Origin: a virus
Lineage: Duplodnaviria > Heunggongvirae > Uroviricota > Caudoviricetes
Direction: 5' to 3' (one strand)
IMG/VR virus record: IMGVR_UViG_2654587736_000008
Length of the DNA stretch: 42,353 bases
Part shown: positions 9,751 through 19,687 of the stretch, piece by piece
How the letters are laid out: every line of letters begins with the position of its first letter
How positions within the stretch are numbered: the stretch's first letter is position 1
The notes under the pieces: model-generated
The model's input: only the letters and a program-made list of their open reading frames with translations
Databases searched by the model: none
Told to the model about the DNA's origin: nothing
Program-made: the position numbers and the translations under genes

Positions 9751-12700
9751 TACCGATATGCTCCACTTAACCGACCACCATCACGGGCCTGCTGTTGCAT
9801 AAAGTCCGCTGCCGCTTTTTTCCCAAGGTCATAAACCACCTTCAGGGCAGCAGGACCTATCTGCCCGTTCGTGCCATCGTTATTGATCTCGATGTTGTAC
9901 TGCGGGGCAAACATCGCCATACCTGAACCACCAATATCCGCCACAACCCCCAGCTTACCGTCAGCACCACGACGCAGTGGCAGAATGGCTTCAGGTCCAG
10001 CTTCCCCCATCACACCCGCGCCTTTTGCAAAAGCAAAAAACGTCGGACGGTTAACCACCGTGCCACTGTAGCGACTCAAATCAGCCGACTGATAAACACC
10101 GCCATCAGCATTGGCTACAAAATCAAAAGGCAGCGCGGAAGCAATGCCTTTTACCGCTTTCATTAAAGCTATCTGAGCCATGATTCTGGACATATCTGAC
10201 AGCACAGAAGAAGTAAAAGATTTGAAATTGAGTTTGCCTGTAGTACAGAATGTCGCCAGCCAATCACTCATGCTACTGAACGCAGACGTGAACAACTGTT
10301 CCACTGTCCCGGCTGTGTTATCCGCATTCTCAGTGACATTCTGGAGTGCACGCAGGACTCCGTTTTTCCAGTTACCCTGAGCAATTTCAAGCTGTTGCCA
10401 GTAACGGCGATTCTCATTCAGTTGTCGGTTCAGACTCTCCGTCAGCGCCTGCTCGGCCTTTCTGTAGTCATCCGTGTTATATGTCCCTTTCTGCTCACTA
10501 TCCCGCCTCAACTGCTCCAGCTGTTGCTGGTATTTCTGGCGAAGACTCAGTTGTACCTGATATCGCTGCCGCTGCTGATCACCCATACCAACCGTGGCGA
10601 TATCCAGGTCATGTTGCTGACGCTGAGCGCGCTCTTCTTCAGCCAGTTGACTGGTCAGCTGAATTGTTTTTTTCTTCAGATCGTTGAGTGCCGTCTGTTT
10701 CTGAAGCTCCTGCTGTTTTACATCCAGCAGCGTCAGTGCCTGAATCAGTTCATCTTTACGGGCCAGCACACTCTTTTCATCTGCCGTCAGTTTTTTCCCG
10801 TCCAGATCGCTGATGCGCTGCTGCAGAGCCAGAAGCTGTTTATGCGCTTCTGTCATCTTTTCAGTGGCAATGCCTGCTGACTGTCTTGCAGCAGCAATCT
10901 GTCCTTCCACCTGTGCCTGTTGCTGACTGTACTGCAGCAATAACCGGGTGGCCTCATCATTACGGGTTTCGCGTGTTTTTTTCTTACCGGATGCCAGGGC
11001 TTTCTCGTAACGTTCATTTTCACGTTGTATCGCCGCATCCCTGACAGCCTGATCGGCGTACTGCATGGCATTAATACGCGCAATTTCACGCTGATGTCGT
11101 GCAGCTTCCGTTTCATTCATCCGGTTCAGTGCAGCATTTTCAGCATTACGGCGTTTCTGTTGCTCCTGATAATTCCGCTCTGCCTGCTCTTTTGCATCCT
11201 GCAAATCCTTCTGGCGTTTTTTCTCCTGAAGATCGTTAAGACGCTGCTGATCGTATTCAACCTGAGAAGATGATGCCGTCCAGGGGAGTCTTTTCGCCCG
11301 CGACACTTTCTCCTGCAAAGTGGCAATCTGCGCATCCAGCGAATCTTCACGACCAATATTCATGGCCGCATCCCAGAACTGCTTCCACCAGTCAGATAAA
11401 GTTTGCAGCGTACTGCCCAGCGCATTGAGGTTATTATCAATATCCGCAGTACGCCGACCGGTTTCCTCTGCCAGTGCAGACATGGCTATCCGTGCCGCAT
11501 CACTGGACCGCCCCTGCTCTCCAAGGACGCGTATCTGCTCAAGCTGAGTGGCAATAAGAAAATGCAGCTCATTGTCCAGAGACTTCGCGGCATTTACAGG
11601 ATCATCCTTCAGCCGCTTAAACTGATTTATGGTATCGCTGACCGACTGGCCAACCGATCGCTCCATCTGTGCGGCAGCTCTCGCCACCATACCGATATCG
11701 TTTCCACGAAATGCACCACTCCCCACCACCTGAGCCAGCGCACCGGCTGCAGCATGTTGCGTGATACCATTCCCGGAAATAGCACGACTGAGCGTCCACA
11801 GCTGCCCGGCAGTGACTCCGGCATAATGCCCCGTCAGCGACAGCTGGCGGTTAAATTCTTCCCCCTCCTTCTGACCGTCATACCAGGCTTTACCCAGGCC
11901 ATAGACAGCCGCGGCAATACCGCCAATAACCCCGCCAAGCATCATGCCTTTCGGTGACATCAATGTGTCTATCCACCCAGCACGGTTAGCCAGCGTTATT
12001 CCGGATCCCCTCAGCGCACCTAAATTTCCGCGGGCCAGTTCACCTATCAGAACGCCTATCTCCTGACGGGCCGCTGCACTTTTCAGCCCCAGCGAATGCG
12101 TGGCTTTTCCTGCCTGCTCCATTTTGCGGATATACACTTCTGCAGCACTGCTTACCCCCAGCTGGGCAGCCTTAGCACGAAGCAACTCAGAAGAAGAAAG
12201 ATTCTGGCGGGTTGCCTGCTCTTTAAGCTGACGGATAAACGCCACTTTCTGTCGGGTAGCCTCTTCCTCAGCCTGTGTAAGAACACGGGTTTTCGCCGTA
12301 ACCTCAGAAATCAGCGCCAGATAATCCTGCTGACCAATCCCGCCACTGTTTCTGGCCTGTCGGATCTGCTGCTGAATACGCTGTAATTCCTGCAGACCCG
12401 CACTGGCCTGTTTCACACTGTCAATCTGACGATAAAACGCAGCAGCAGCTTTATCCTGAGCCTCCGCCAGAGCCATGGCCTGCGCCTGTTCCTCGCGCAT
12501 TTTCTGGCTCAGCGCCTCCATACGCTGGCGGGTTTTCTCCACCTCGCGGGCCATGCGTTCATGAGCCTGTGCGTTCTTCTCCACCGTCTGCGCATGAACG
12601 GATGCGGCTGTTGCAGCCGAAGACGCCGCCTGCGTTGTCTGCCGGGCGGCCTGAGTCTGACGCTCCATAAAACGCTGCATACGGGCAGAAGACCGTTCTG

Positions 12701-12806
12701 CATCGCTGGCTGCACCATTCAGAAGGTTTTTGATACGGGGGATTTCATTTTTAAACTCTGCCGCATCAATCCCCAAATCAATGACCAGGTTGGCTATCTG
12801 GTCCAT
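9750..12806 (-). CDS. H: Tail length tape measure protein H
   Basis: Start placed at ATG 12806 (MDQIANLVIDLGIDAAEF) with SD GGAGG; about 1018 aa, coiled-coil rich; C-terminus NNDGTNGQIGPAALK as in lambda gpH. Confidence 0.85.
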   Translation of the reverse strand: MDQIANLVIDLGIDAAEFKNEIPRIKNLLNGAASDAERSSARMQRFMERQTQAARQTTQAASSAATAASVHAQTVEKNAQAHERMAREVEKTRQRMEALSQKMREEQAQAMALAEAQDKAAAAFYRQIDSVKQASAGLQELQRIQQQIRQARNSGGIGQQDYLALISEVTAKTRVLTQAEEEATRQKVAFIRQLKEQATRQNLSSSELLRAKAAQLGVSSAAEVYIRKMEQAGKATHSLGLKSAAARQEIGVLIGELARGNLGALRGSGITLANRAGWIDTLMSPKGMMLGGVIGGIAAAVYGLGKAWYDGQKEGEEFNRQLSLTGHYAGVTAGQLWTLSRAISGNGITQHAAAGALAQVVGSGAFRGNDIGMVARAAAQMERSVGQSVSDTINQFKRLKDDPVNAAKSLDNELHFLIATQLEQIRVLGEQGRSSDAARIAMSALAEETGRRTADIDNNLNALGSTLQTLSDWWKQFWDAAMNIGREDSLDAQIATLQEKVSRAKRLPWTASSSQVEYDQQRLNDLQEKKRQKDLQDAKEQAERNYQEQQKRRNAENAALNRMNETEAARHQREIARINAMQYADQAVRDAAIQRENERYEKALASGKKKTRETRNDEATRLLLQYSQQQAQVEGQIAAARQSAGIATEKMTEAHKQLLALQQRISDLDGKKLTADEKSVLARKDELIQALTLLDVKQQELQKQTALNDLKKKTIQLTSQLAEEERAQRQQHDLDIATVGMGDQQRQRYQVQLSLRQKYQQQLEQLRRDSEQKGTYNTDDYRKAEQALTESLNRQLNENRRYWQQLEIAQGNWKNGVLRALQNVTENADNTAGTVEQLFTSAFSSMSDWLATFCTTGKLNFKSFTSSVLSDMSRIMAQIALMKAVKGIASALPFDFVANADGGVYQSADLSRYSGTVVNRPTFFAFAKGAGVMGEAGPEAILPLRRGADGKLGVVADIGGSGMAMFAPQYNIEINNDGTNGQIGPAALKVVYDLGKKAAADFMQQQARDGGRLSGAYR

Positions 12807-13119
12807 AACGCACACCTCCGGAAATACCTTCCCCAAGATGCATCAGTTCTTCGTCCGTTCGCTCCGGTATCCCGTTCTCTTCCGGTAAAAGGCTGAAATC
12901 AGCCACCGCAGCATCACTGCTGCCGGACACCATTCTCACGATCAATGCCTTCAGCGAGGCAAACTGCGCATCCATCCACACATCACTGAAGCTCTGCATC
13001 CGGAAATAATCGCCCCACTCACCAAGCTCAGTGGCCGACATTTCCGACAGCATCCGCCGCCAGTCTGCCCGCCGGAACTCCCGGGCAAGCCGCATGACAA
13101 ACTGCATTTCCCGCGTCAT
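12778..13119 (-). CDS. T: Tail assembly chaperone T segment (expected to be made as G-T fusion by -1 frameshift)
   Basis: ORF in the -1 frame relative to G, overlapping the G stop; a GGAAAAG motif lies just upstream of the G stop. Confidence 0.7.
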   Translation of the reverse strand: MTREMQFVMRLAREFRRADWRRMLSEMSATELGEWGDYFRMQSFSDVWMDAQFASLKALIVRMVSGSSDAAVADFSLLPEENGIPERTDEELMHLGEGISGGVRYGPDSQPGH

Positions 13120-13502
13120 GACTTTTCCGGCGTCAGCGCCTCATGCTCATCATCCCCGGCATTATCAATGGCCCCCATACCGCTCAGCGACAGAACCATC
13201 TCCGCCCCCGCACCCAGGGCATCATACGACCATGTTGTAATAACGGATGCGCAAAGCGTCTCTACATCCTTAGACTGATCCGCATTCCACAGTGAGCGGG
13301 AAACCAGCCAGGCATTGATATCCATCCCCATCCGCAGAAAAGCAATCTGTCGTTCAGCCTCCGGCAGTTCTCCCTCACCGGCATCAAACTTTGCCGTTCG
13401 CTGCTGAACAAACGCCAGATATTCAATTCTCTGCAGCCCGGACAGCTCACTGAGCACCACGGACTGTTTTTCATAATTAAACGTGCCCTGTTTCAGAAAC
13501 AT
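13116..13502 (-). CDS. G: Tail assembly chaperone G
   Basis: Start at the second ATG of the ATGATG pair (MFLKQGTF...), SD GGTGGAG; resembles lambda gpG. Confidence 0.8.
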   Translation of the reverse strand: MFLKQGTFNYEKQSVVLSELSGLQRIEYLAFVQQRTAKFDAGEGELPEAERQIAFLRMGMDINAWLVSRSLWNADQSKDVETLCASVITTWSYDALGAGAEMVLSLSGMGAIDNAGDDEHEALTPEKS

Positions 13503-13562
13503 CATGTTCTCCACCTGCAAAAAAGCCCCGGATAACCGGGGCAAATGATAAGTATCGTCCTG

Positions 13563-14306
13563 TTAACCTGCGGCGCTGACAGTCACCGCAGCCACAGCCA
13601 CAAAATTCCCGTCAGCGGTCATGCCCACAATGCTGACACTGCCCTGCTTCACGCCTTTCACCGTGGCTACAAGCCCGTTCAGGGTCACCGTGGCAGTCTG
13701 TGGATCTGACGAATGCACACTGATCGCTTTGTCACTGGCTCCGTCAGGTTTTACTGTAAAGGTCAGCGTGGTGGTTGCTCCCACTTTTACACTGGCAGAT
13801 GCCGGTGCCACCGTCAGCCCGGTAACGCTCACTGTTTCAGTGCCTTCCTCTGCCAGATACGGACGCCCCACACCGCTGATTTTCACAGTGCGGGTCATCA
13901 CGTCTTTTGAGGCAATGGTTTTACCCAGTGAACTCAGCCAGCCACGGAAAACATCAACAGTACCGTTGGGATATTTGATACGAAACGCGCAGACTTCACC
14001 GGAGTCGAACAACTGAACCAGTTTTTTCTGCCCGCTGTCACCCGGACGCCAGGCCAGCGTCGCCGAAGTATCACCGACTGATTTCTGCCCCTGGGTTGTC
14101 GTTTTCCAGTCTGCATCTTCATCATCGAGATAAGTATCATCTTCTGCATCAGCGGTCATTTCGCCAGGTTGCAGATCCTTCACCATCGCAAGACGCAGCC
14201 AGTCAGTGTCCGACAAAGGGTTCGCAAATGCGTCGCCGTTGCCGGTATACATCCAGAACGTCGTCCCCGCACCTTTCGTCTTTGCCAGTGGATTTGGTGT
14301 GGTCAT
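13563..14306 (-). CDS. V: Major tail protein V (with C-terminal Ig-like domain)
   Basis: Start at ATG 14306 (MTTPNPLAKTKGAGTT...) with SD AAGGAGG; lambda gpV-like throughout. Confidence 0.9.
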   Translation of the reverse strand: MTTPNPLAKTKGAGTTFWMYTGNGDAFANPLSDTDWLRLAMVKDLQPGEMTADAEDDTYLDDEDADWKTTTQGQKSVGDTSATLAWRPGDSGQKKLVQLFDSGEVCAFRIKYPNGTVDVFRGWLSSLGKTIASKDVMTRTVKISGVGRPYLAEEGTETVSVTGLTVAPASASVKVGATTTLTFTVKPDGASDKAISVHSSDPQTATVTLNGLVATVKGVKQGSVSIVGMTADGNFVAVAAVTVSAAG

Positions 14307-14316
14307 TGCCACCTCC

Positions 14317-14718
14317 TTAATTCGTGTACGTGATCTGGTACGTGATTTCCGCCATCGCCCAGGTGGCCATCTCATTATCACGTTGATAGTTAAAACCGAG
14401 TGGGATCAGGGTGTCGATGAGTCCGGAAAGTGCCGGTACATCATTCAGGGCCGGGAAAATGGTGCTCTCCATCCACATATCCAGCTCTGAATCCGGTGCC
14501 TGTGCCCGGATGAAGACAGCAATATGCAGAACAGCCTGCCAGTCATCTTCATCCGTCATTTTTCCGGTGTACTGAGCATCACTCAGCCACACCGCCACGG
14601 CAGGCAGTTCCTGCGCATCAATAAATGCCGGAAGCCCGTCAAAAAACGTGGCGCTGTCTCCACACTGTTCCCGAAGGCGTGCCAGTACGACCTGGCGGAT
14701 TTGTGTATGTCGGTTCAT
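14317..14718 (-). CDS. U: Tail terminator protein U
   Basis: ATG at 14718 overlaps the Z stop (ATGA); ATFFDG...AVAV...DSELD motifs as in lambda gpU. Alternative start at 14730. Confidence 0.8.
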   Translation of the reverse strand: MNRHTQIRQVVLARLREQCGDSATFFDGLPAFIDAQELPAVAVWLSDAQYTGKMTDEDDWQAVLHIAVFIRAQAPDSELDMWMESTIFPALNDVPALSGLIDTLIPLGFNYQRDNEMATWAMAEITYQITYTN

Positions 14719-15305
14719 CGGGTCAGCCATAATCTCAGTTGTTGTTTCAGTGCATACCCCAGCTGTTTCGGCATTTCCGCAGCAATGATGCGGTCGCGGG
14801 CATCTTCAAATGCCTGTGTCAGCGGTCCGGACAGCGGGATTTTCACTACCTCCACAGGAAGACGATTTTTTCTTGGCCTGCCCTGATGGTCATGCCCTGT
14901 TGCAAAACGCGCTTCAGGAAGACGCCTCAGAACATGCCAGCGGCCATTCGCCAGTTGCTGAACAAATGCCCCCCGGAAAAAGTATTTTCCCACTCTCAGT
15001 CCTTCACCAGCACGCCGCCGTGTTGTGTTCAGTTTGATGGCGGGCAGATTGCCCCGGTTAACGCGGATCCTGGCCGTCATTTTTCCTGACGGACTGGCTT
15101 TAAACACCCGGACACGCTGACGTACCAGTTTCAGGGGGATCCCTTTCACCTGGTTATCTCCCGCAACGGTATTCCCGGCAACCTGCCGGGTGGCAACCGA
15201 GACCGCTTTCTGTGCCACACGGTTTATCGCCCATGCGCTGGCCTGTGGCACCATACGGGTATCAAGGCTGTTCAGATTGCGGATGGCATTCTCAAGCCCC
15301 TTCAT
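14715..15305 (-). CDS. Z: Tail completion protein Z
   Basis: 196 aa; lambda gpZ-like (GRWHV...VKIP...LGYAL). Confidence 0.8.
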   Translation of the reverse strand: MKGLENAIRNLNSLDTRMVPQASAWAINRVAQKAVSVATRQVAGNTVAGDNQVKGIPLKLVRQRVRVFKASPSGKMTARIRVNRGNLPAIKLNTTRRRAGEGLRVGKYFFRGAFVQQLANGRWHVLRRLPEARFATGHDHQGRPRKNRLPVEVVKIPLSGPLTQAFEDARDRIIAAEMPKQLGYALKQQLRLWLTR

Positions 15306-15316
15306 CCCACACCTCT

Positions 15317-15592
15317 TTACTCAATAAAGATCATTGGCTTACCGTTAAAGCGTTCATGCCGTGTGACCGTCCATTGTTGTCCGTCATAAACAACGCGATC
15401 CCCGCGCCGTGGGCGGTATCCCGAAGAAAACACCACCAGAGAGACCGCAGGTCCGGACAGAGCATTCAGCTCTGCCAGTGTTTCTCCCGGGATCACAGTC
15501 ATATCGACATCATTAATCGAGGCTGTCTTTCCCATCTTTCTGACCGTGATAGCATCCATACGCGCTGCCAGCCGGGAAAAGGGATCAGACAT
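15317..15592 (-). CDS. Head-tail joining protein, FII-like
   Basis: 91 aa in the FII position; RGD-containing C-terminal region. Assignment rests mainly on position. Confidence 0.5.
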   Translation of the reverse strand: MSDPFSRLAARMDAITVRKMGKTASINDVDMTVIPGETLAELNALSGPAVSLVVFSSGYRPRRGDRVVYDGQQWTVTRHERFNGKPMIFIE

Positions 15593-15908
15593 TGAGTTTT
15601 ACCGGCACTTCTTCTGCACTGGTTCCGGCATCTGCCCAGACAACCCCGACCAGCGGATCAGAGCCGCTGTTAGTCAGCTGAACTTTTCCGGACTTCAGAT
15701 AAACCTTCTTACCCGTTTTCATGTCATCCGTTTTCAGCTTAGGCAGCATAAACACACCTTCGGTCATGCCGTCGCCTGTTTCACCCTGTGGAATATCGGT
15801 CAGCGCCACCGCAAAAACATCGCCCACCTGCACCAGATCTCCGCTGCTGATGGCTGCACTGGCAACAATCGCCACCGTTTTTCCTTCTTCTACAAAATTC
15901 TTTGCCAT
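15585..15908 (-). CDS. DUF2190-type head protein (capsid decoration/cement-like)
   Basis: Start MAKNFVEEGKTVAIV...; Gly/Val-rich small protein immediately downstream of the major capsid gene. Confidence 0.55.
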   Translation of the reverse strand: MAKNFVEEGKTVAIVASAAISSGDLVQVGDVFAVALTDIPQGETGDGMTEGVFMLPKLKTDDMKTGKKVYLKSGKVQLTNSGSDPLVGVVWADAGTSAEEVPVKLNV

Positions 15909-15951
15909 AACTGTCTCCGCACAGCCCCGTTCAGGGGCTGATTTCAGGTAC

Positions 15952-15970
15952 AAAAAAAGCCCTTACGGGC
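15952..15970 (-). terminator. Terminator-like hairpin after the capsid gene
   Basis: Minus strand GCCCGTAAGGGC followed by TTTTTTT, just 3' of the capsid stop. Confidence 0.4.
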
Positions 15971-15994
15971 CATCAGAGTTGTTGTCTGCGACGT

Positions 15995-17953
15995 TTACGC
16001 CGTACATTTCACCAGACCGCGGTGATCAACTGGCGCGACACCGGCGTCAATACGCACTTTCGTTGTCACGCCATCCACACTGAAGCCCTCCATCTGATCA
16101 ATATATGGCGTATCCACACCGTTGAGATAAGCCACTTCAATCGTATCGGAGCCTTTGGACGCAGCCAGGTAGAAAGTGGTCTGGCTGTTATCATCAAGAC
16201 GAGGCTCTGCAATAACGGTCGCAAAATCTTTCACCGGGTTAATAATACCGGCGTTAATGTCAGCCCCCTTGACACTTGAGGAGCGAATGACCTGGTTAGC
16301 AACAGACTCCATCGCCGTCGGTACCAGTACGAACGCAGGACGAATATTCAGATGACGCTCCCCCTCTTTCTGAACACGCATCAACTGGCGGGCTTTATCC
16401 AGCGATGCCACGTCCATTGCAGCGCTCTCCAGTACGTTTGCATGTTTCGCTTTATCGAACAGACTTACATTATCTGTGGAGATTTTCGGGTTAGACGTCA
16501 GAATGGCATAAACCAGATCGGCAATAGTGGATTTCGCCGCACGGCCCAGTTTCATCGGGACATCGGTCAGCATATTCAGATCATCATTGATAATGGCCTG
16601 ACGGGTGATACTGAACAGCTCGCCATAGGTCGCCAGTGCAATAGTGGCCTGTTTATCTCCGGTGGTGACGTATTTATATTCCGCCCCTTCACGCACCTGA
16701 CGCAGAGCACTGAAGCCCCCCATACCCACACGATGGGCAATTTTAAAATCAGACAACTGACCTTTCCGCGTCCACTGTTCATAGGTTTCAGGGGCATCTT
16801 CCCAGCCCTGCAGAATGGCTTTGTTCGCAACATCCAGCAGAATATTACCGAAGTCAGACGTACTGTGTGTGAACGCCGCACCGACCATCTGCATCGGGTT
16901 ATAACTGGAAACCCCAATCCCCCGTTCAGTCAGTGACATACGAGCATATTCACGCAGGGTCATCCCGTTGTAGACATTATCACGTTCGGTTTTTTCAAAT
17001 CCGGCACGCGCCATCAGCGCCTGGCGGATCCCGTCCCCCACAAAATTACCGTTACCGGCATAAATATGAGCCGGGGTATTTTTATTGGATGGCGTGGACT
17101 CGCGCCCCATCTCGTTCAACAGCTTTTCGCGGGCTTGCTCCAGCGAACATTCAGGATCGGCAAGACACTGAGCCTGCAGCGTCTGATAACGCCCGCCAAA
17201 CATGGCAAACAAATCATTAATACCGTTTACACGCGCTTTTTGCTCTGCCAGTACCTGCGCACGGATACTGTTTTCATCCACCACAGGTGCTGCTGCCTGC
17301 ACTGGCGTCCGGGAGGCTACAGGTTCATTATCCTGTACGCGTGGAGCACTGTTGCGTGGCGGAGTAATCATGTTTCGAATGGATTCCGGCATCTTTTTAA
17401 ATTCCTCTGTACGTTTTGACTGAATACATGCCATTGCCTTAACGGCTGGCGTTACCTGATCAGCAAATCCATGTGCCAGACATTCGGCACCGGACATCCA
17501 GGTCTCATCCGCCAGCATGGCAGCAATTTCATCGGTGGTTTTCCCGGTTTTCTGTGCATAAGCGGGTAACAGAACCGCCTCAACCTTATCGAGCAGGTCG
17601 GCATAGGTGCGCATGTCCTCCGCATCACCGCCCGTAAAGCCAAATGGTTTATGAATCATCATGAAGGTGTTTTCCGGCATAATGACCGGGTTTCCCACCA
17701 TCGCAATGACCGACGCCATTGACGCCGCCACACCGTCGACATAAACGGTAATGGACGCCCCATGTGTTTTCAGCGCATTAAAAATGGCGATGCCTTCAAA
17801 GACATCGCCACCCGGTGAATTAATATGGAGATTAATGTGGGTGATATCGCCCAGTGCATTCAGATCACTGATAAACTGCTTCGCTGTAACACCCCAGAAA
17901 CCAATCTCGTCATAAATATAAATATCCGCGTCACTCTGGTGACCAGCCTGCAT
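15995..17953 (-). CDS. Prohead protease (ClpP-like) fused to major capsid protein
   Basis: N-terminal ClpP-like domain (DIYIYDEIG, catalytic Ser in GVAASMAS, His in MMIHKP) continuous with a C-terminal HK97-fold-like capsid region; start uncertain (ATG 17953 chosen; ORF open to 18214). Confidence 0.75.
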   Translation of the reverse strand: MQAGHQSDADIYIYDEIGFWGVTAKQFISDLNALGDITHINLHINSPGGDVFEGIAIFNALKTHGASITVYVDGVAASMASVIAMVGNPVIMPENTFMMIHKPFGFTGGDAEDMRTYADLLDKVEAVLLPAYAQKTGKTTDEIAAMLADETWMSGAECLAHGFADQVTPAVKAMACIQSKRTEEFKKMPESIRNMITPPRNSAPRVQDNEPVASRTPVQAAAPVVDENSIRAQVLAEQKARVNGINDLFAMFGGRYQTLQAQCLADPECSLEQAREKLLNEMGRESTPSNKNTPAHIYAGNGNFVGDGIRQALMARAGFEKTERDNVYNGMTLREYARMSLTERGIGVSSYNPMQMVGAAFTHSTSDFGNILLDVANKAILQGWEDAPETYEQWTRKGQLSDFKIAHRVGMGGFSALRQVREGAEYKYVTTGDKQATIALATYGELFSITRQAIINDDLNMLTDVPMKLGRAAKSTIADLVYAILTSNPKISTDNVSLFDKAKHANVLESAAMDVASLDKARQLMRVQKEGERHLNIRPAFVLVPTAMESVANQVIRSSSVKGADINAGIINPVKDFATVIAEPRLDDNSQTTFYLAASKGSDTIEVAYLNGVDTPYIDQMEGFSVDGVTTKVRIDAGVAPVDHRGLVKCTA

Positions 17954-17966
17954 CCTGAACCAGGAA

Positions 17967-19475
17967 TTATTCTTCGGACTGGTCGTCGGTGTGCTGCGGC
18001 TCCTGTCGTTTCGTTGCGGCACTGCTGCCTCCTTTATCACTGGCCGGATCGGTATCAAATACCAGATCCAGCTTGCGGTTTTCATCAATTTCGGCCTTGC
18101 GCCGACGTTTGACATCATCCGGATTACGACCACCAGCACGTACCCAGTCTGATTCTGTCGCCGCTCCACCACGAATCTGGATTTTCCAGGCCTCAGCCTC
18201 CTTAACAGGGTCAATCCACGGCATCACCGGTCCGGAATACACCGCGGTATACAGTGAAGAACGGTCAAGATCGCGGGGTAGCCTGATAACACCGGATGCC
18301 ACAGCCTGTTTCAGCCAGGCACGATACATCGGGCGGGTGACGGCACCAATAAACCAGTCCTGCAGGATCAGGTAGCCATCAGTAGACTCAACCAGTTCCT
18401 GACGCTGGGCGCTGTAAGTGCCGTTATAGTTGCGTGCCGTACTGGAAAAACTCAGACGACTGCCCGCCGCCACGGCACGCAACTGACCATTACGAAAAGT
18501 TTCAAGGTTAGGATTGGGACGATCCGACTTCACCATTCCGATTTCTTCGCCGGGTTTCAGATCGTCGTAAATAATGCCTGGCTGAATGGTAAGCTCGCGT
18601 TCATTCTCCTTGCTGCCATTACCATCCGGTTCATAGCTCTGCCCGTCGCCTTTCCGGATGTACATCCCCAGAGCAGCGGCGATCCTTGCTGCAGTCAGCT
18701 CAGAATCTTCATACTCTTTCAGGGCACTGAGGCGGATCAGCACACCGGACAACAAAGACGTCCCGCGCATCTGGTGCAGACGGCGAACAAATTTAAGATG
18801 CAGCATTCGCTCTGCATCCACTTCTTTGGTTTCCATCTGCCGCCCGGATACGGGACGGCTTTTATACACCAGATATTTTTCGGGACGCCCCCAGTCATCA
18901 ACAAACACGCCCTGATTCAGCCTGTTGCTCTCATCACTGGTCATGGGAATAAAGTCCGGCTCGAGCGCCTCCAGCCAGAAATGAACACCGGCAGAAGGCG
19001 TCAGGCTGTTTATGCGCCCGGAAACCATCTGGGCAAACACCTCACCATCGCGCAGCCAGGTACGCAGCATCAGACGTTCCAGCATCGGACGGGTAAACTG
19101 CCCGGTGACTTCCGGACTGACAGACCATTCACTCCATCGGGTGCGTATCTCCGCTGCCAGATCACGGGCAATGGCCCCATTGCGTAATACCGGATGTGGC
19201 TCGACAATAATCCCGTTTTTCCCCACCACCCGTTCTTCCAGCTTGTCAAATACACCAATAACCAGATCGTGGTTGTTATCAAGGTAACGGGCCTGCTCAC
19301 GTAACGACACGGCCCCGTACTGGCTTAACTGGTCGGCAGTTCGGTTCTCCCGCCGGGCTTTGTGTGTCCGCGTCGTTTTTACGGCCTCATAAGCCTGGAT
19401 CACCGCACGGGAACGCAGCCTTGCCGCTTTCCATCCTGGTGAAAAAACGCCAATCACATCATCAAGAATTGCCAT
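17967..19475 (-). CDS. B: Portal protein (lambda gpB-like)
   Basis: Start MAILDDVIGVFSPGW at ATG 19475 overlapping the W stop; about 500 aa. Confidence 0.85.
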   Translation of the reverse strand: MAILDDVIGVFSPGWKAARLRSRAVIQAYEAVKTTRTHKARRENRTADQLSQYGAVSLREQARYLDNNHDLVIGVFDKLEERVVGKNGIIVEPHPVLRNGAIARDLAAEIRTRWSEWSVSPEVTGQFTRPMLERLMLRTWLRDGEVFAQMVSGRINSLTPSAGVHFWLEALEPDFIPMTSDESNRLNQGVFVDDWGRPEKYLVYKSRPVSGRQMETKEVDAERMLHLKFVRRLHQMRGTSLLSGVLIRLSALKEYEDSELTAARIAAALGMYIRKGDGQSYEPDGNGSKENERELTIQPGIIYDDLKPGEEIGMVKSDRPNPNLETFRNGQLRAVAAGSRLSFSSTARNYNGTYSAQRQELVESTDGYLILQDWFIGAVTRPMYRAWLKQAVASGVIRLPRDLDRSSLYTAVYSGPVMPWIDPVKEAEAWKIQIRGGAATESDWVRAGGRNPDDVKRRRKAEIDENRKLDLVFDTDPASDKGGSSAATKRQEPQHTDDQSEE

Positions 19476-19687
19476 CAGAACCTCGCCAGCCGGTACCCGG
19501 GATGCCCCCGTCGTCGTGTAATCAGAGCCGCAAGGCGGCGCTCCCACTCCTGCCGTCCCTGCCGGATCTCAGATAAGTTTTCCATGGTCATCTGCTGACC
19601 ATTAAAGGTGACGGATTTTCCGTCCAGCACCGCCATTTCAGCTTCCGTATAACGCTGAATCATGGCTTCGATATCATTCTGGTTCAT
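19475..19687 (-). CDS. W: Head-tail connector protein W
   Basis: gpW-like small protein ending RRRGHPGYRLARF; ATG at 19687 overlaps the terminase stop (ATGA). Confidence 0.75.
   Translation of the reverse strand: MNQNDIEAMIQRYTEAEMAVLDGKSVTFNGQQMTMENLSEIRQGRQEWERRLAALITRRRGHPGYRLARF

Noticed and set aside
10395-10880. 161-aa plus-strand ORF inside the tape-measure gene (and similar ORFs at 11403-11957, 12096-12386)
   Set aside because: Antisense to the H gene; Leu/Gln-rich translation mirrors the coiled-coil codons of H.
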